A stretch of DNA of 64,000 nt from Burkholderiaceae bacterium (GTDB lineage Bacteria > Pseudomonadota > Gammaproteobacteria > Burkholderiales > Burkholderiaceae_E), in contig JBBAOE010000003.1 of NCBI GenBank assembly GCA_040401595.1, positions 139,459-203,458 on the forward strand, written 5' to 3'. Numbering within the stretch: the first letter of the stretch is position 1; each line of letters begins with the position of its first letter. Below are positions 62,069-64,000 of this stretch, piece after piece. The notes beneath the pieces were generated by a model. The model was not told the DNA's origin, did not search any database, and saw only the letters and a program-made list of their open reading frames with translations. Made by a program: the position numbers and the translations under genes.

Positions 62069-64000
62069 GTGCGGTTTTGTCTCTTGGGTGCCCCTTCGTT
62101 TTTTTCACCGCTTCTGCTGGGTTTCGCCATGATCGGGATGGCCCCAGCGCAGGCGCAGGATCCGTCGCAGTCTCCGCCGTCTGCTGTTGCCCAGGCCCTG
62201 GATGATCCTTACCTCTGGCTGGAGGAGGTTGGTGCGGAACGCGCACTCGGCTGGGTCAAAGAGCGCAATGCGATCTCCCGGACCCGACTGGAGGCGTGGC
62301 CCGATTTCGCGCCGACCCGAAACCGGTTGCGGGAGATTCTGGATTCGCAAGACCGAATCCCACAGGTAGTTCGCCGCGGGGCTTATCTTTACAATTTTTG
62401 GCAAGATGTATTGCGCCCGCGTGGCGTATGGCGCCGAACCTCATTGGCCGAGTTCGCCAAATCAAAGCCCGACTGGGAGATTCTGCTCGACCTGGATGCG
62501 CTGGCCCAGCAGGAACAGGAAAACTGGGTCTGGGGTGGCTCAACCTGTCTGGGTGGCTCCGAGGATCGGTGTCTGCTCAAGTTCTCCCGGGGTGGCGCAG
62601 ACGCCAAAGTCACGCGGGAATTTGATCTGACGCGCAAGGTGTTCGTTGCGGATGGGTTTAGCTTGCCCGAAGCCAAATCGAGCGTTGAATGGGTTGATCG
62701 AGATACCGTGTTCGTCGCGACCGATTTCGGACCGGGTTCGATGACGACCTCCGGTTATCCAAGGATCATCAAGCGATGGCAACGGGGGCAGCCGCTGAGC
62801 ACGGCGCAGACCATTTTTGAGGGCCGCGCTGGCGATGTGTCGGCATGGGTTTCGGTGGATCGGACCCCGGGATTCGAGCGAACGCTCGTCGGGCGTTCGC
62901 CAGACTTCTGGACCACTGAAGTCGCGTTGCTGGCCGGTGGCCAGTTGCGGCCGGTGGCCAAGCCGGCCGATGCCCAGTTGGACTTCTGGTACGGGCAGGT
63001 GCTGCTCACCTTGCGCAGTGACTGGGTACAGGGCGGTCGCACCTGGCCGGCGGGTTCTTTAATTGCGGCGGACGCCGAGCCTCTTTTTCGTGGCCAGGCG
63101 GATTCGACCAGCCATGATCTGGCCCGACTACACTTCAGTGCGCTGTTTACGCCGAGTCCGACGCGCTCGCTTCGGGGCTATTCCGCGACCCGGTCCCGCG
63201 TTTTGATCAGTGTTCTTGAAAACGTGGCGGGTCGGATCGAGGAACTGGAGTGGCGCAACGGTGCGTCAGCGCCTGCATCGCAGGGATTGGGTGCGAGTGC
63301 CGGGGGATCCTGGGTTCGACGTGCGGTTGAGGCGCCCTTTCCCGGTGCACTGAGCGTCAATTCACTGCATGACAGCCTGATCGCGAACGATCCCTTGGGC
63401 GAGCGCTATCTGCTGAGCTATGCAGATTTTTTGACGCCGGATTCGCTCTTCCTTGCGCAGACGGGTAGCGACCAGCGTGAAGTCCTCAAGGCGCGGCCAT
63501 CGTTTTTTGACGCGAGTGGAATGCGGGCGGTACAGCATTTTGCTGTTTCCAAAGACGGCACCCGGGTACCGTATTTCGTTGTCTGGCCGAAGGGCGGGGT
63601 GGCTGATGGCGCTAACCCGACCCTCCTCTACGGCTATGGTGGCTTTCGGCAAAGTTTGCAACCTTGGTATTCCGCAGCCTATGGCAATGCCTGGGTCGGC
63701 CGCGGGGGCGTGCTGGTCATCGCCAACATCCGGGGTGGCGGCGAATATGGCCCATCCTGGCATCAGGCTGCCATCAAATCGAACAAGCAAACGAGTTATG
63801 ACGACTTCATCGCGGTCGCTCAAGACCTGGTGGCTCGCCGCATCACAAGCCCCCAGCACCTGGGCATTGCGGGTGGCAGTAATGGCGGTCTCCTCGTCGG
63901 CGCCGTGATGGTGCAGCGCCCTGAACTCTTTGGCGCCGTGGTCTGTCAGGTCCCCCTCCTGGACATGAAGCGCTATCACAAGCTCTTGGCCGGAGCGAGT
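62069..64000 (+). CDS. Prolyl oligopeptidase (S9A) family serine peptidase, secreted; C-terminus lies beyond the right edge
   Basis: Absent from the ORF track because it has no in-window stop. GTG 62069 has GGAG 9 nt upstream and follows an in-frame TGA at 62063. The signal peptide ends APAQA|Q. Motifs: DDPYLWLEEV, GGSNGGLLVG (nucleophile Ser) and RGGGEYG. Confidence 0.85.
   Translation, partial: MRFCLLGAPSFFSPLLLGFAMIGMAPAQAQDPSQSPPSAVAQALDDPYLWLEEVGAERALGWVKERNAISRTRLEAWPDFAPTRNRLREILDSQDRIPQVVRRGAYLYNFWQDVLRPRGVWRRTSLAEFAKSKPDWEILLDLDALAQQEQENWVWGGSTCLGGSEDRCLLKFSRGGADAKVTREFDLTRKVFVADGFSLPEAKSSVEWVDRDTVFVATDFGPGSMTTSGYPRIIKRWQRGQPLSTAQTIFEGRAGDVSAWVSVDRTPGFERTLVGRSPDFWTTEVALLAGGQLRPVAKPADAQLDFWYGQVLLTLRSDWVQGGRTWPAGSLIAADAEPLFRGQADSTSHDLARLHFSALFTPSPTRSLRGYSATRSRVLISVLENVAGRIEELEWRNGASAPASQGLGASAGGSWVRRAVEAPFPGALSVNSLHDSLIANDPLGERYLLSYADFLTPDSLFLAQTGSDQREVLKARPSFFDASGMRAVQHFAVSKDGTRVPYFVVWPKGGVADGANPTLLYGYGGFRQSLQPWYSAAYGNAWVGRGGVLVIANIRGGGEYGPSWHQAAIKSNKQTSYDDFIAVAQDLVARRITSPQHLGIAGGSNGGLLVGAVMVQRPELFGAVVCQVPLLDMKRYHKLLAGAS

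Noticed and set aside
1-64000. Search for CRISPR arrays, tRNA/rRNA genes, transposases, integrases, phage genes or defence-system hallmarks
   Set aside because: I saw no spaced repeat arrays, no tRNA-like T-loop/acceptor patterns in intergenic regions and no recombinase, nuclease or toxin-type ORFs. The window looks like core chromosome rather than a mobile island. This scan was by eye and could miss short elements.

Overview
Visibly GC-rich chromosomal segment (about 60 percent by eye, not computed). The gene content fits a Burkholderiales-type betaproteobacterium: a Bug/TctC receptor, a form II cox cluster and many acyl-CoA enzymes. That taxon call is inference. I support about 58 protein genes and found no rRNA, tRNA, CRISPR array, transposase or integrase. 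Two genes run off the window edges and so are missing from the ORF track: phoD on the left and a prolyl oligopeptidase on the right. Layout: (i) 1-18.8 kb looks like a phosphate-starvation block. It holds a Tat-exported PhoD and a membrane-lipid head-group cluster: BtaA-like DUF3419 transferase, FemAB-like GNAT, PlcP/LpxH-like metallophosphoesterase, Psd-family decarboxylase, long class-III aminotransferase, His-rich membrane protein and GT4 glycosyltransferase. It also holds a tightly packed 7-gene minus-strand operon: lipoprotein, secreted PHP-domain phosphoesterase, membrane-fused spermidine-synthase-like protein, PPIase-like, HupE-like, 2OG-oxygenase-like and PCuAC-like proteins. Six promoters in this block carry phased 7-4-7 direct repeats that resemble PhoB boxes. 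(ii) 18.9-26.1 kb is a coxS-L-M / coxD-E / xdhC-like form II molybdo-hydroxylase cluster with an internal intrinsic terminator. (iii) 26-40 kb holds a TehA-like transporter, panE, a CBS protein, and then a hydroxy/fatty-acid catabolic block containing a split ACAD10/11-like kinase plus dehydrogenase module. (iv) 40-45.3 kb is a Liv-type ABC importer. (v) 45.5-54 kb holds assorted oxidoreductases, including an EctD-like dioxygenase coupled to a SAF-domain dehydrogenase. (vi) 54-60.2 kb is an SdpR/SdpI-like pair divergent from tldD-aldolase-deaminase-pmbA. (vii) The window ends with a Bug receptor, yaeQ and a partial S9 peptidase. The best candidate for undescribed biology is the Pho-box-wired lipid head-group cluster together with the adjoining PHP-phosphoesterase operon. 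All family calls come from motif recognition by eye; no database search was run.
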